From Bdellovibrionota bacterium (lineage in GTDB: Bacteria; Bdellovibrionota_C; UBA2361; JAAYZI01): a DNA stretch of 64,000 nt. Shown here one piece after another: positions 1 through 10,856 of this stretch (positions are counted from its first letter, which is position 1; each line of letters starts with the position of its first letter). Where the stretch lies: NCBI GenBank assembly GCA_050950765.1, contig JBMNIF010000003.1:512001-576000 (forward strand). The letters are read 5' to 3'. The notes beneath the pieces are model-generated. The model was not told the DNA's origin and did not search any database. It saw only the letters and a program-made list of their open reading frames with translations. The translations under genes and the position numbers were made by a program.

Positions 1-1131
1 ATTCGTGCGCAACGACTTAATTCTATCGGCAACATCGTCCGCGGAATGACTCACGATTTTAACAACACCCTTGCTTCCATTATCGGACAGGCGAGCTGCG
101 GCACATGGAGCACCAACAAAGAGGAGATGCTCCGTTACTTTGAGTCAATTATTACAGACTGCGAAGCAGCTGGAGAAGATGTCCGTCGGTTATTAGATTT
201 TGTTGAAGAGAAAGAATCTACTATAAAAGCAGTTAATCTGGGACAACTTTTAAAAGATCATTTAGATCTCTTTAAGAGACTAGTCGGAGAAAAGATAGAG
301 TTGGTTTATAACAATAACACAAGCGCCACCACTGTTTCATGCGATCCACAACTAACCGTTCAAGCTATTATCAATATACTTATAAATTCAAAAGAAGCAT
401 TTGCAGGAAACAAAGGAAAGATCTCCATCAATGTTAGTAATGAAAAAATAGATGGTGAGATCGCCGATCTGATCCCTGGTGGAAAAGCAGGTACATTCTG
501 TCAACTCTTAATAGTCGATAACGCACAAGGGATGAACTCCGAAGTTCTATCTAAATGTTGCGATGCCTTATTCACCACTAAAACATCAGATGGACATTCA
601 GGACTGGGGTTAACTATGGTTTACGGAATTATGCGCTCCTTCGAGGGGTTTCTTGCCATAGAAAGTAACGTCAATAAAGGTACCAGCATTTCACTTTATT
701 TTCCTCAATCAAAAGTTTGCGAAATGCAGGTGGAAGAGCCTCTCACCACTCAAAAATCTCAATCTCTAAAGGTCAGTCCCAATAAAGAGAAGATTCTCGT
801 TGTAGATGATGACAGTAGTATTAGGAATGTCGTTTCAACAATGCTTTCAAAACTGGGATATAGTGTCAGCATCTGTGAAAACGGTGCTGAAGCTTTAGCT
901 AAATTATCTAAAGAAAAAATAGATCTGCTCTTAACTGATTTAGCAATGCCTGGTATGACAGGAGTGGAGTTGGTTAATGAGCTTAAAGCGAAAAATATCC
1001 CAACTAAAACGATAATAATGACTGCATACAACATTGATGAAAATCAATTTGACGATACGGCAACTTTACTCTCGAAACCATTTGACATAGAGACATTATC
1101 TCAAGTTGTACACAACTCCATAACAACTTGA
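1..1131 (+). CDS. Hybrid sensor histidine kinase/response regulator (5'-truncated by window edge)
   Basis: Frame open from base 1 (IRAQRLNSIGNIVRGMTHDFNN, H-box); HATPase motifs FTTK...GLGL; C-terminal receiver (VVDDD, DLAMP, KPF). Confidence 0.9.
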   Translation: MRAQRLNSIGNIVRGMTHDFNNTLASIIGQASCGTWSTNKEEMLRYFESIITDCEAAGEDVRRLLDFVEEKESTIKAVNLGQLLKDHLDLFKRLVGEKIELVYNNNTSATTVSCDPQLTVQAIINILINSKEAFAGNKGKISINVSNEKIDGEIADLIPGGKAGTFCQLLIVDNAQGMNSEVLSKCCDALFTTKTSDGHSGLGLTMVYGIMRSFEGFLAIESNVNKGTSISLYFPQSKVCEMQVEEPLTTQKSQSLKVSPNKEKILVVDDDSSIRNVVSTMLSKLGYSVSICENGAEALAKLSKEKIDLLLTDLAMPGMTGVELVNELKAKNIPTKTIIMTAYNIDENQFDDTATLLSKPFDIETLSQVVHNSITT

Positions 1132-1148
1132 AAAAGATAAGGTGGCGC

Positions 1149-1511
1149 ATGCAAAAACTACTGATCGTCGATGATGATACCGTTATTCAAGCATTATTAA
1201 AGGACTACTTTGAAGCTCTCACTTATGAAGTAACAGTTGCAGCTTCTGCTACGGAGTGTTTAGAAAAGTTAAGAGACTCACTTTACGATGCTATATTGAT
1301 GGATTTTCAGATATCAGATATGGATGCCACCGAACTACTCACAACTATCAAAAGTGACAATCTGAAACGATCAACTAAGATAATTATTATTTCCGGAAAC
1401 GAGCAGGCACAAGAATTAATCGAAGATAAAGGACTCTTTGCGGAAGCTTACATTACAAAACCTTTTACACCTAAAGAGATCCTGACAAAGATAAACGAAT
1501 TGCTAATTTAA
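1149..1511 (+). CDS. Single-domain response regulator (CheY-like)
   Basis: LIVDDD, ILMD, ITKPF motifs; ATG at 1149 preferred over TTG at 1128. Confidence 0.9.
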   Translation: MQKLLIVDDDTVIQALLKDYFEALTYEVTVAASATECLEKLRDSLYDAILMDFQISDMDATELLTTIKSDNLKRSTKIIIISGNEQAQELIEDKGLFAEAYITKPFTPKEILTKINELLI

Positions 1512-2144
1512 AAGCTTATTCTCTAACTGCTTAAAACTTAACGCCTCAGCTAACTCAAATATATCTTTGCGGTTATCGCACTTAGCAGATATCTGCACAC
1601 GTATACTCTTCGGCATCTTTACAAAAAGAGAACAGGTGTGGTCTTTTAACTCATAAAACTTTCCTTCAAATTCCCCTTGCACCTGTAGATCTTCTTGCAC
1701 TTCAACCGGAAGTCGCGGTGGCTCAATATTTTTATAATCTTCAAGCAGCCCTACCTCTGCTTCCGCTAGATACAACGGTCGCGGGATATATACCACCGTT
1801 AAAACTTTTCTATCATCCTTATTCTGAAAGGTTCTCTTAATCTTCAAGACTTTAGTCGAAAAAGGTGTTTCCGTATTGATCAACTTAAAATCAAACCCTC
1901 TAACACCGAACCAAGAAAAAAGAAGAGTATATGACTTTCTATCTTTAAAAAGCTTACTATAATTACTTCCGTCATCATAGACGCCACCTAAGTGCGTTCT
2001 TTTCGAAGACAACTCATTTTCAATCTGTCTATAAGAACTTGAATCAGTTATGGTTCTTATATCAATTCCATCTGCTTTGGCGCACTCATTCCTTCCCAAA
2101 CCGAAAAGCATAATAAATAAGATTATGAAGATAGTTTTAAACAT
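1503..2144 (-). CDS. Hypothetical exported protein
   Basis: 213-aa ORF with N-terminal hydrophobic signal-like segment. Confidence 0.6.
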   Translation of the reverse strand: MFKTIFIILFIMLFGLGRNECAKADGIDIRTITDSSSYRQIENELSSKRTHLGGVYDDGSNYSKLFKDRKSYTLLFSWFGVRGFDFKLINTETPFSTKVLKIKRTFQNKDDRKVLTVVYIPRPLYLAEAEVGLLEDYKNIEPPRLPVEVQEDLQVQGEFEGKFYELKDHTCSLFVKMPKSIRVQISAKCDNRKDIFELAEALSFKQLENKLLN

Positions 2145-2220
2145 ATTTTCTCTTAGATCTTTTTTTAACTCTGTTATGCAAGATTTTAATAATAAGTTGA
2201 TTTAATTTGCATTACATAAA

Positions 2221-2946
2221 TCAGATTTCACCATCAGCACGCTTTGAACGGAGTCGTTTACGCAAACGCCCCAAACGTGTTGCTGGTCCCTGACTACGCT
2301 CTATACAAAATTTCTGTATAGATTCAAGTAGCCCCTCCTCTCCTCCTTTAGAAAATGTCTTTGCTAATTCTGAAGAACGTCGCAATCCGTTTAAAGCTCT
2401 CGGCAGTTCACGTTTAGCAGTCTCAAATTGCTGCGCCTGTCGAATAATAGTAGCCGTGATATCTAAAGACTGCATCAGAATTGCTACTAAAGCTTCATTC
2501 CTATCCTTTGCATTTAACACAACTTCCGCTATCGGCTCACCTTTTGTAGCGTTTACAATAGCATCGTCAACAGATTCAGCAGTAAACGGTTTTACCAAAT
2601 ATCCTTTAGCTCCTAAAATAAAGAGATCAAAAACATCATCAACATCAGGTTCAAATGATGTAGGAATCATTATAATTTCAGGCATACACTCCATGATCTT
2701 CTTCACAAAATCAACAACGGGCATATTAGTCGGTCGCGCATCAAAAATTAGATGCGTAAAGTGACGCTGCTCTAATTTCTCAAAAGCTCCTATATGGGTT
2801 GAGACATCGCTTAACCCGCCGAAGCCAAGATCTTTTAAGCAACTTCGCATATTGCTTCTATCGATAGCATCCGGCTCAACAATGAGGACACAGGCCCTAC
2901 TCCTTTCCAACGGTCCCATAGAGAGTGACTGATCAAAGCTTCCCAT
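2221..2946 (-). CDS. Response regulator receiver domain with helical C-terminal extension
   Basis: VLIVEPD, LIFD, GAKGYLVKPF receiver motifs. Confidence 0.75.
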   Translation of the reverse strand: MGSFDQSLSMGPLERSRACVLIVEPDAIDRSNMRSCLKDLGFGGLSDVSTHIGAFEKLEQRHFTHLIFDARPTNMPVVDFVKKIMECMPEIIMIPTSFEPDVDDVFDLFILGAKGYLVKPFTAESVDDAIVNATKGEPIAEVVLNAKDRNEALVAILMQSLDITATIIRQAQQFETAKRELPRALNGLRRSSELAKTFSKGGEEGLLESIQKFCIERSQGPATRLGRLRKRLRSKRADGEI

Positions 2947-3203
2947 ATAATCGAACCCCGTAGAAAAAAATCAAACCCTTTAACTTCGTAGGTATCTGAT
3001 AACCATACTAAAAGTTAAGACAGAACAAAACGCACCCCTTCGTCAAGATCAATAAATATTACTACATTTTGCCATCTCTTCTACTTGTATCGTCAATAAA
3101 TTAAGAGCACTTAACGATCGGATGAGTTATTTTTAATTTTTTATATAATCGTGCTAAAATTGGTAAATTGCTTTTTTAAAACGACAAACTTAAGCTAAAA
3201 AAC

Positions 3204-4019
3204 ATGAATAGCACTATGAATTGTTTAAATATCATCTGTTTTGGAGATGTCGTCGGCAGAGGTGCCAGAAGAGCCTTAAAAGCCCTCTGTCCTCAACTTA
3301 GAGAGGATTTTAAGGCTAATTTAATTATTGCCAACGGCGAAAACGCCGCAGGCGGGGTCGGACTCGATACCGGCACAGCTTTAGAATTAAGATCTGCAGG
3401 CATAGATATCATTACGTTGGGAGATCATGCTTGGCAAAAAAAGGATTTTTTTGAATATCTCGACAAGCACACCGATCACTGCATTCGTCCAGCCAATTAC
3501 CCTGCGGGCTGCCCTGGAAGAGGCTGGACCACCCTTGAAGTAGCAGGACACAAGATCGGCATTATCAATCTGTTAGGGCGTATTTTTACAACAAATGGAC
3601 TGGATTGCCCGTTTAAAACAGCAGAAAAGATACTTAACGAAGATCTGGCAGATTGTCGGGTCATTATATGTGATATTCACGCTGAAGCGACCTCCGAAAA
3701 AGTGGCTTTCGCAAAATTTTTTGACGGTAGGTTCTCCCTGATCTTTGGTACACACACCCATGTTCAAACTGCTGATGAAAGGATTCTCGCAGGTGGCACA
3801 GCTTACATCACAGATCTCGGTATGTGTGGCAGTGAAAATGGCGTTATCGGAATGGATACAAAAACAGCTATCTCTCGCTTCCTGACAGGGATCCAGTACG
3901 CTTACAAAATAGCGAAAGGCGATACACAACTTTCCGGTATCTTCTGCAAAATAGATCTTGATACGGGGAAGGCTATATCTATCGAACGTCTTGCTATCCC
4001 CTATACAGAGGAAAAGTAG
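3204..4019 (+). CDS. ymdB: YmdB-family metallophosphoesterase
   Basis: GDVVG, NGENAAGG, RPANYP, DIHAEATSEK, GTHTHVQTAD, TDLGMCG motifs. Confidence 0.93.
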   Translation: MNSTMNCLNIICFGDVVGRGARRALKALCPQLREDFKANLIIANGENAAGGVGLDTGTALELRSAGIDIITLGDHAWQKKDFFEYLDKHTDHCIRPANYPAGCPGRGWTTLEVAGHKIGIINLLGRIFTTNGLDCPFKTAEKILNEDLADCRVIICDIHAEATSEKVAFAKFFDGRFSLIFGTHTHVQTADERILAGGTAYITDLGMCGSENGVIGMDTKTAISRFLTGIQYAYKIAKGDTQLSGIFCKIDLDTGKAISIERLAIPYTEEK

Positions 4020-4056
4020 CCCTTACCACTGTAAAAACTTTACAGGCAAAGACTCG

Positions 4057-5544
4057 TTAGACAAAATCCAAGGCAATCAATTCTCCATGCTCATTTACAG
4101 GTGGATTTTTCGGAAAAGTTACTCGCATAGTTGTGCCTTGCCCTAATTTACTGGTTACTTCAACGTTGCCTCCATGCGCAGTAACAATACTTTTTACGAC
4201 AGAGAGACCTAATCCTGAGCCCGCCACGCTGTTGTGTCGTTCTAGACGGGTAAAACGTTGGAAGATCTGCGTAACCTCAGACGGCTCCATACCAGAACCT
4301 GTATCAGAGACATCCACCCTAATACCGCCATCATCACACTCACCATAGGATAACGTTACACTCCCCCCACGTGGCGTAAACTTAAAAGCATTATTTAACA
4401 AGTTTCCGAGCACACGCTCAAACCCAACTCGATCTAAAAACACTCGCTCATCACCGCAATCGCATAAATTAAATATAACGCCCTTAGCTGCCGCAATAGT
4501 CATATAATTAGCAGAGACGTTATCGATAGCCTCTTTTAAGGAGGTATCAGCAGGTTTCATAATAAAATTTCCCTCCTGCAAACGACGCGTACTTAGGAAT
4601 TCATTGATTAAATTAATCATCCCTTGTGCAGAAGAACCTATCCGTAAAGCGATCTCATTAACCTTACTCCCTTTCTCCGTTAAGTCTTCTAAGATCTCTG
4701 CTGAGAGTGAGATCGCCCCTAACGGCCCTTTTAAGTCGTGCGTTGTTGTTGAAAGCATTTCACGTTGAAACTTTTCACGTCTCTTGTTCTCCGTTATATC
4801 TCGAATCCAAACAACCCAACCACCTGTCGCTGTATCAGAAACTGCTGCCAAACTTAGATCATACGCTGCCGCATCATCACAAAACAGCACCTCCCTATGC
4901 CAAACGGCATTAGCTTCCAAAGTTGTTAAATGGCTCTTTATTGATTCTGTGAGCTCCTTATGTTTACTGACCTTCTCTGAAAAAAGATCAGAGATATTTT
5001 CTCCGACAGCTCCACATTTTAATGCAAAATTTTTAAACGATCTGTTAGAATAACGGATCTCTCCATCAACACCAACAACAGCCAAACCGTCGCTACTATT
5101 TTCAATCGTAATTCTGAGCGTCTCCATCTCACGCAACAACTTCTGTCTCTCTTCCATTAACTTCGTGGAAGCATAAACTCGAGAAAGTGCTAATCCGATC
5201 GATTCGCTGAACTCCGTACCGAAATCTTTGACGATAAAATCTTTTGCACCAGCTTTCATGGCAGCGACAGCATCACTCCATGAAGTTGATGAGGTTAAAA
5301 CAATTAACGGGACATCCCTTTCAATCAGAACTCCTAAATCTTTAACACCAACCGCATCAGGCAGATGTAAATCACTAATGATTAGATCTGGTTGCCAACC
5401 ATTTAATATAGTTAGCGCCTCTGCCAAAGTTGAAGCATGTTTTATCTCTGCGCCGTGCGCAGTTAAAGCCCGTTTAATTATCAGGGCATGCGAGGTGTCA
5501 TCCTCAAGCAGCAAGATTCCATCAAAAAGCGCCTGTTCTTCCAT
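4057..5544 (-). CDS. Hybrid receiver-PAS-histidine kinase
   Basis: N-terminal REC (LLEDD, DLHLPD); HDLKGPL H-box; NLLNNAFKF, DTGSG, GSGLGL. Confidence 0.92.
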   Translation of the reverse strand: MEEQALFDGILLLEDDTSHALIIKRALTAHGAEIKHASTLAEALTILNGWQPDLIISDLHLPDAVGVKDLGVLIERDVPLIVLTSSTSWSDAVAAMKAGAKDFIVKDFGTEFSESIGLALSRVYASTKLMEERQKLLREMETLRITIENSSDGLAVVGVDGEIRYSNRSFKNFALKCGAVGENISDLFSEKVSKHKELTESIKSHLTTLEANAVWHREVLFCDDAAAYDLSLAAVSDTATGGWVVWIRDITENKRREKFQREMLSTTTHDLKGPLGAISLSAEILEDLTEKGSKVNEIALRIGSSAQGMINLINEFLSTRRLQEGNFIMKPADTSLKEAIDNVSANYMTIAAAKGVIFNLCDCGDERVFLDRVGFERVLGNLLNNAFKFTPRGGSVTLSYGECDDGGIRVDVSDTGSGMEPSEVTQIFQRFTRLERHNSVAGSGLGLSVVKSIVTAHGGNVEVTSKLGQGTTMRVTFPKNPPVNEHGELIALDFV

Positions 5545-5750
5545 AATAACATCAACCTATTTTTATCTTTTTAACGAACCTAACTCTTCTTGAACAAAAC
5601 GAAGATAGATAAGACTACACACTGCCTTTAGATGCACAATTTTTTATTCGGAACCATCAATTTACCTTGAAAGTAAGCATACTTAAAAATGAAAAAAATT
5701 AGGCGCTGAAAATTGACGTATCTTCGTTAAACGTTTACTATCCCCCAATT

Positions 5751-6269
5751 ATGATAAAACCTGATCATTGGATACGTAAATTTGGAGAGTCTGGCGGGAT
5801 TACGCCGTTTGCAGCGGAACAGATAAATCCTGCTAGTTATGATGTAACTCTTGGAAATCATTGGATTTGCCCAACGCGTGATCCTCAAGAAACAATTTCT
5901 GATACTTTTACCTTATTCCCCGGTGAGGTGATTTTAGCTACAACCCGTGAATATCTAAAGATGCCACGTGATGTTGTTTGCGATTTGAAGTTAAAGAGCT
6001 CTTTAGGTCGACTCTGGCTTAATCACAGCTTAAGTGGTTGGATTGATTGCAATTTTCAGGGGCAAGTGACGCTTGAGCTTCAAAATTTAGGTCCCTATCC
6101 CCGTTTGTTGCAAGCAGGCATACGCGTGGCGCAACTTGTATTTATGGCGATGGAGGCTCCACCTGAAGTTGCTTATGGCGAAGGTGGTTGTGGACACTAT
6201 CAGGGACAAACGGGAGCAACGCCAGCTTTCAGCGAAGAGTTTTTTAAGATCGTTACAGACGGCAAGTAA
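5751..6269 (+). CDS. dcd: dCTP deaminase
   Basis: QINPASYDVTLG, KSSLGRL, IDCNFQGQVTLEL, YQGQ motifs. Confidence 0.9.
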   Translation: MIKPDHWIRKFGESGGITPFAAEQINPASYDVTLGNHWICPTRDPQETISDTFTLFPGEVILATTREYLKMPRDVVCDLKLKSSLGRLWLNHSLSGWIDCNFQGQVTLELQNLGPYPRLLQAGIRVAQLVFMAMEAPPEVAYGEGGCGHYQGQTGATPAFSEEFFKIVTDGK

Positions 6270-6618
6270 AAACAGTAAATAAATGTACCTTAATTTTCTA
6301 TTCTGAGGTTTTTCGAGAAACAGCTGTATTGTTTAATTTTTACCCCCCCATAAAAAACCTAACCAATTCGCTTTTCAATTTCAGCTAGCCCGATCGTCAC
6401 TGCCAGATCCGAGCACTTTTTTACTTTCTAGCTCCACCCCTTGAAATAAATAGTGCTTTTTGTTATTTTCGCGCCCTATTCAGGGCTTAGTTTATATTCA
6501 TTCTCTAAATATTATCGGAATGAGGTGTCTTTAAGTCTGTTTAGTACAAAACGTAGTCGGTTTTTTGGCGGCTACAAAAATTGAGTAATTATAAGAGATT
6601 AAATATAGAGTATTTTAT

Positions 6619-6894
6619 ATGGCTAACCATAAATCATCGAAAAAAAGAATTCGTCAAACCATTCGCCGCAATGAGCGCAACCGTTCTACCCGTTCAGCTT
6701 GCCGTACAGCCATAAAGGCAGTACGTGTAGCAGTTGAAGCAGGAGATGAAAATTCAACGGAACTTTTACGTAAAGCTGAAAAGATGTTGGCAACTGCTGG
6801 TTCAAAAGGTATTTATCATAAAAAAACAGTGGCTCGCCGTGTCAGTAGATTAGCTCATCTTGTAAATAAAATGAGCGCTCCCACCCAAGCGTAA
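6619..6894 (+). CDS. rpsT: 30S ribosomal protein S20
   Basis: MANHKSSKKRIRQ...KGIYHKKTVARRVSRL. Confidence 0.97.
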   Translation: MANHKSSKKRIRQTIRRNERNRSTRSACRTAIKAVRVAVEAGDENSTELLRKAEKMLATAGSKGIYHKKTVARRVSRLAHLVNKMSAPTQA

Positions 6895-6936
6895 TAACTC
6901 TATATAATTTACTCTTCACACCTGAAGATGGATCTT

Positions 6937-6973
6937 TAAGAGCGGTGTTATTTCTAAAATAGCACCGCTCTTA
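6937..6973. terminator. Hairpin between convergent genes (likely terminator)
   Basis: TAAGAGCGGTGTTATTT-CTA-AAATAGCACCGCTCTTA inverted repeat after rpsT. Confidence 0.75.
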
Positions 6974-7009
6974 GATTGAGTATTAAAGTTGTTCTTATAT
7001 TGTATCTTC

Positions 7010-7345
7010 TTAATGTAAGTCACCTTTTCTTAAGGCGTTTAGTTTTTCTGCATTAAGCCTAACTGCTTCAAAATTAGGCATCATCGGCTCGCCCGTTTCA
7101 AGACTATCTTTTCTAACCGCCCCTTGTAATTCCACAGAATTAATAACTCCGAGACGTTGTGTTTTAGGAACAAAGATCTCTCCACAAGTTTTACACTGCG
7201 CAACTATTATAATCCCTTCATAGGTGACACGTGTCAGTTCCGTAGAGAAATTTTCGTCATCTGTACCGTGGAAGCCGCAACTTGGGCAGGTAATTTCGTC
7301 AATAAATGTTTCGGCTAGCCCTCTTAACTTAAACTTTAATGACAT
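7010..7345 (-). CDS. Small hypothetical zinc-ribbon protein
   Basis: Two CxxC pairs (CPSC, CKTC); GGAG RBS upstream. Confidence 0.7.
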   Translation of the reverse strand: MSLKFKLRGLAETFIDEITCPSCGFHGTDDENFSTELTRVTYEGIIIVAQCKTCGEIFVPKTQRLGVINSVELQGAVRKDSLETGEPMMPNFEAVRLNAEKLNALRKGDLH

Positions 7346-7418
7346 AATTACTCCATTAAGATCCGATCAATCTAAAAACAGAGAAACCTTCTCACTTATT
7401 TTATACAATCGGATAACT

Positions 7419-8318
7419 TTAAAGTTTCTTTAACATCGTAATCTGCCTACCACCGTCTCTGTATAAAACTTTATCCATAACAGAATACAAGATAGCCATA
7501 CCACGCCCATAAGTAACAATATCGGCAGTATCTAGATTTTTCTTACCGATATTTTTAAAACAAAACCCCCTCCCCTCATCTCTAATGCTAATTGTTAGCC
7601 AATCTCTTCGATATTTTATGGCGATAAAGATCTTACGCTCACCGTATTTTGGATCTTTTAGCCTTTCAGCTTTGAGCTTTGAAAAATAGTCTTTACCATC
7701 ACTATCAAACTGCTCTTTCAAAACTGAATCGAGTTCGAGATTGCCGTGCTCCAAACTGTTCGCCACAGCCTCTTGAAATGCCAACTCAATACACAACTTT
7801 TGATCCAATGAAATACATCTGGCTTTATAGAGAGAATCTACCACCCCGAGTTTTATCTTGGCATCTGAGAATTCACGAGAAGTAAAGCAGTACGTCGTTA
7901 ACTGCGAACGCACAAAATTAAAGCGCTCACTATCCTCAGATTCCATCTTTTTAACTTTTAAAACTCGATCTAACGCATCTTGCAAAGCAGAGAGGTCTAA
8001 TGGTTTTAATATATAATCTGAAACTCCTTCCCTTAATGCACACATAGCCTCATCAACCGAATTATCATCTCCTATAACGATAATTGAAGTTGGAGGACAA
8101 TGCTTTTTTAAAGACCGTAAGAGCTTGGCACCACTAAGCTTTGAAAGTTTGTAATTTGTTACAACAGCATCATATTTATTTTCAGACACTGCCTGTAAAA
8201 GGGTATCCCCATCATTAACGATAGAAAAATGCCAACCATTTCTTTTACAGAAACCCTCAAATACCGCACAAGCCTCACGATCTTTGTTTGCTAATAGGAT
8301 ATGCGGAGTAACAGACAT
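7419..8318 (-). CDS. Atypical receiver fused to RsbW-like HATPase (anti-sigma kinase-like)
   Basis: REC fold N-terminus (DYILKP); EAVANSLEHGN, IRDEGRGF, GRGM motifs. Confidence 0.8.
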   Translation of the reverse strand: MSVTPHILLANKDREACAVFEGFCKRNGWHFSIVNDGDTLLQAVSENKYDAVVTNYKLSKLSGAKLLRSLKKHCPPTSIIVIGDDNSVDEAMCALREGVSDYILKPLDLSALQDALDRVLKVKKMESEDSERFNFVRSQLTTYCFTSREFSDAKIKLGVVDSLYKARCISLDQKLCIELAFQEAVANSLEHGNLELDSVLKEQFDSDGKDYFSKLKAERLKDPKYGERKIFIAIKYRRDWLTISIRDEGRGFCFKNIGKKNLDTADIVTYGRGMAILYSVMDKVLYRDGGRQITMLKKL

Positions 8319-8324
8319 AATTTG

Positions 8325-8639
8325 TTAAGCATCAACTGGAAGAAGTTTATCCAACATCAAAAGATCAAAAGTCTCTTTTACAAATCCGCTTAAAGGTTTA
8401 ACCATTAAGGTACCATTTTCAGATTTTAACTTTTTATAACAACTAAGAACTTTACCAATACCATAACTATTAATAATTTGAACATCAGACAGATCTAAAA
8501 CTATCGTTCTCAAACCTTGATCATAAAGCCTGTCAAATGCAGTCCTTAACCCCTCTCCGGCTTTTTCTGAATCAAGATCTTCGTTAATTTTCACATAACC
8601 TTTATCACCAACTATTGATGTTTCAAAAACGTCTGCCAT
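8325..8639 (-). CDS. STAS domain anti-sigma factor antagonist
   Basis: IVLDLSDVQIINSYGIG STAS motif; 104 aa. Confidence 0.88.
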   Translation of the reverse strand: MADVFETSIVGDKGYVKINEDLDSEKAGEGLRTAFDRLYDQGLRTIVLDLSDVQIINSYGIGKVLSCYKKLKSENGTLMVKPLSGFVKETFDLLMLDKLLPVDA

Positions 8640-9075
8640 GTTTTAATCCTCAATATAAAAAGCCAACCACTTATTATAATAACCACAACTCAAAGGGAGG
8701 TGAAAAAACCACGCTCCTCAGGAAACCATCACTAAAAAAACAGACTCCCCACTCTTTAAATTGCACGTCTGCTCTAAAACAAGCTCTTTTGAGAAAAATG
8801 TTCTAGTAGCAATGGTGAGAACATCGACTTACCAACAAAATAACTTAACTAACCGTAGTAAATTTTTTATTAAAGAAACAGCCCTTTATTTTTATTATCC
8901 CCTCGAATTTTAAAGCTAAAAATGTAGCTATAAAACTAAATTGCCATACTTTATACAACCAAACTAATTTATTTTACACGACTTTTTTTAAAGCTCATCT
9001 TTTTCTACTGATAGGTCGAAAACCTCTACAACAAGTCGAACTAAGCGCTCATCTGTTTTATTTAGATTTATTACT

Positions 9076-9978
9076 ATGGATCAACATACAGCACCACTTG
9101 AATTCGAAGGTCGCCTTTCAAAAGGCAAAGATTGGCGAGAAATTGTTGCATGGGTTGGAGACCTGCCTCCAATGCCACAAACTGCCTCTCGTGCCGTTCG
9201 TCTTGTTGAAGATCCAAATACCGATGCTTCTCAACTCTCAAAAGTGTTAGAGATGGATACGGCTCTAGCTGCACGTGTTTTAAAGATCGCTAATTCTGCC
9301 ATGTTTTGTAGGCAACGTGAAATTACAACACTTCAACAAGCGATTATGATTATCGGATTAAAATCTTTAAAAGGTATTATTGTTGCCGCAACAATACAGC
9401 AGATGAATAAATCAATGAGTAAAATTCAGAAAATCATCTGGGAAAACTCAATCTGCACTGCTATTGCCGCTACAATAATTACGAAAAAATTAAGATACCC
9501 ATATGTCGACGAACTCTTTCTGCTTGGTCTTTTACACAGTCTGGGTCAAATTGTTTTAGCTACTCAAACGGAACTTACAAAGGGATATTTACAAGTTTTG
9601 CAACTAATAAAGGAGCGTCATCTTGACTACGTTAACGCTGAACAGGAGGTCTTCGGCTTTGCGCATCCGCTTATCGGTGCTTTAGTTGCGAAAAAATGGA
9701 ATTTCCCCGGTGACTCCTGTCAAATTATACTTCATTACAAAGATCCGGTAGAAAGTTTTTCAAGCGAAATTGAGCAAGATAAAAAAGCGATGATTATCCA
9801 ACTGGCAGATATGTTATGTCATCACGCTGGGCTAGGATCGCCCGAAGGGTATTTTACTGATGAAAGAAAGATCGAGCTGCTTCAGGAAAAATTAAACCTC
9901 TCCCCAAAAGAAGCTCCGACCGAGATAATCCAAGAAACATCCCGTCACTTTCGAGACGAACGACACCTTTATGAATAA
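9076..9978 (+). CDS. HDOD domain protein
   Basis: LPPMP, DTALAARVLKIANSA, GLLHSLG, HPLIGALVAKKWNFP. Confidence 0.9.
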   Translation: MDQHTAPLEFEGRLSKGKDWREIVAWVGDLPPMPQTASRAVRLVEDPNTDASQLSKVLEMDTALAARVLKIANSAMFCRQREITTLQQAIMIIGLKSLKGIIVAATIQQMNKSMSKIQKIIWENSICTAIAATIITKKLRYPYVDELFLLGLLHSLGQIVLATQTELTKGYLQVLQLIKERHLDYVNAEQEVFGFAHPLIGALVAKKWNFPGDSCQIILHYKDPVESFSSEIEQDKKAMIIQLADMLCHHAGLGSPEGYFTDERKIELLQEKLNLSPKEAPTEIIQETSRHFRDERHLYE

Positions 9979-9999
9979 TTAAGAGAAGACTCCTGTATT

Positions 10000-10629
10000 T
10001 TATTGCTCAATAGACCTATCACAACTGTGAGTGCATTTTTTATCGCTCTCGCAATACTCCCGATAAAACTCCGTTAACTTTTCACGTAATAAAAAGCGTG
10101 AGCGGTGTAACCTCGATTTTACAGCTGGTATACTAACTTTTAAGGCTTCACTGACCTCTCGACTACTCAATCCATCCACATCACGCAAAACAAAGACGGG
10201 TCTATATTCATCAGGCAAAACCTTAATCGCATCTTCTAAAACAAACGATAACTCCCTACGGAATGCCTCATCATCCGTATCTAATGCATCCATTCTTTGT
10301 ATGTCTTCCAGATTCTTTGTCTTTGGAAAAGCGTCAGCAATAGCGATACTTTGTTCACTATTATTACTACGTATCTTCATCAAAGCCGCATTAACGGTTA
10401 CTCGATAAAGCCAACTGGAAAAAGAAGATTTCCCTTCAAAGCCTTGTATTTTTCTATAAATTGTAACAAAAACATCTTGCAGCACCTCTTCAGCATCTTG
10501 TTCAGTTTTAACCAATCGTAAAGCTAAGTTATAAACTCTTCCGGCATGCCGATTCGTTAATTCAGCAAAGCTATCTTCTTGTCCAGCTTTTATTTCAGAA
10601 ACTAATTCATTATCAGACTTTTCACCCAT
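10000..10629 (-). CDS. ECF RNA polymerase sigma factor (RpoE-like)
   Basis: DAEEVLQDVF, FSSWLYRVTVN, VKSRLHRSR; ATG at 10629 with GGAG RBS. Confidence 0.92.
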   Translation of the reverse strand: MGEKSDNELVSEIKAGQEDSFAELTNRHAGRVYNLALRLVKTEQDAEEVLQDVFVTIYRKIQGFEGKSSFSSWLYRVTVNAALMKIRSNNSEQSIAIADAFPKTKNLEDIQRMDALDTDDEAFRRELSFVLEDAIKVLPDEYRPVFVLRDVDGLSSREVSEALKVSIPAVKSRLHRSRFLLREKLTEFYREYCESDKKCTHSCDRSIEQ

Positions 10630-10810
10630 TTGATAAGCTCCTCCAATGCAGCGCATCTTTTCTCTCTTTTTTCCAACATTCAAAAAGTTAGAAAAAAGAA
10701 CAGAGGAAAGACCTTTTCCTCACGGATGATGATCTTTGCGAAAAGCTTGCCAAATGTAACAGTTTTGTAAATAAGTTATAAAAGTATGTTATTACAACTG
10801 GTTACCTCTC

Positions 10811-10837
10811 GGAGTGCTCTTCTAAAAAGAACACTCC
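10811..10837. terminator. Hairpin downstream of degP/Q
   Basis: GGAGTGCTCTT-CTAAA-AAGAACACTCC. Confidence 0.5.
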
Positions 10838-10856
10838 AACAGTCAAAAAAGTGACT

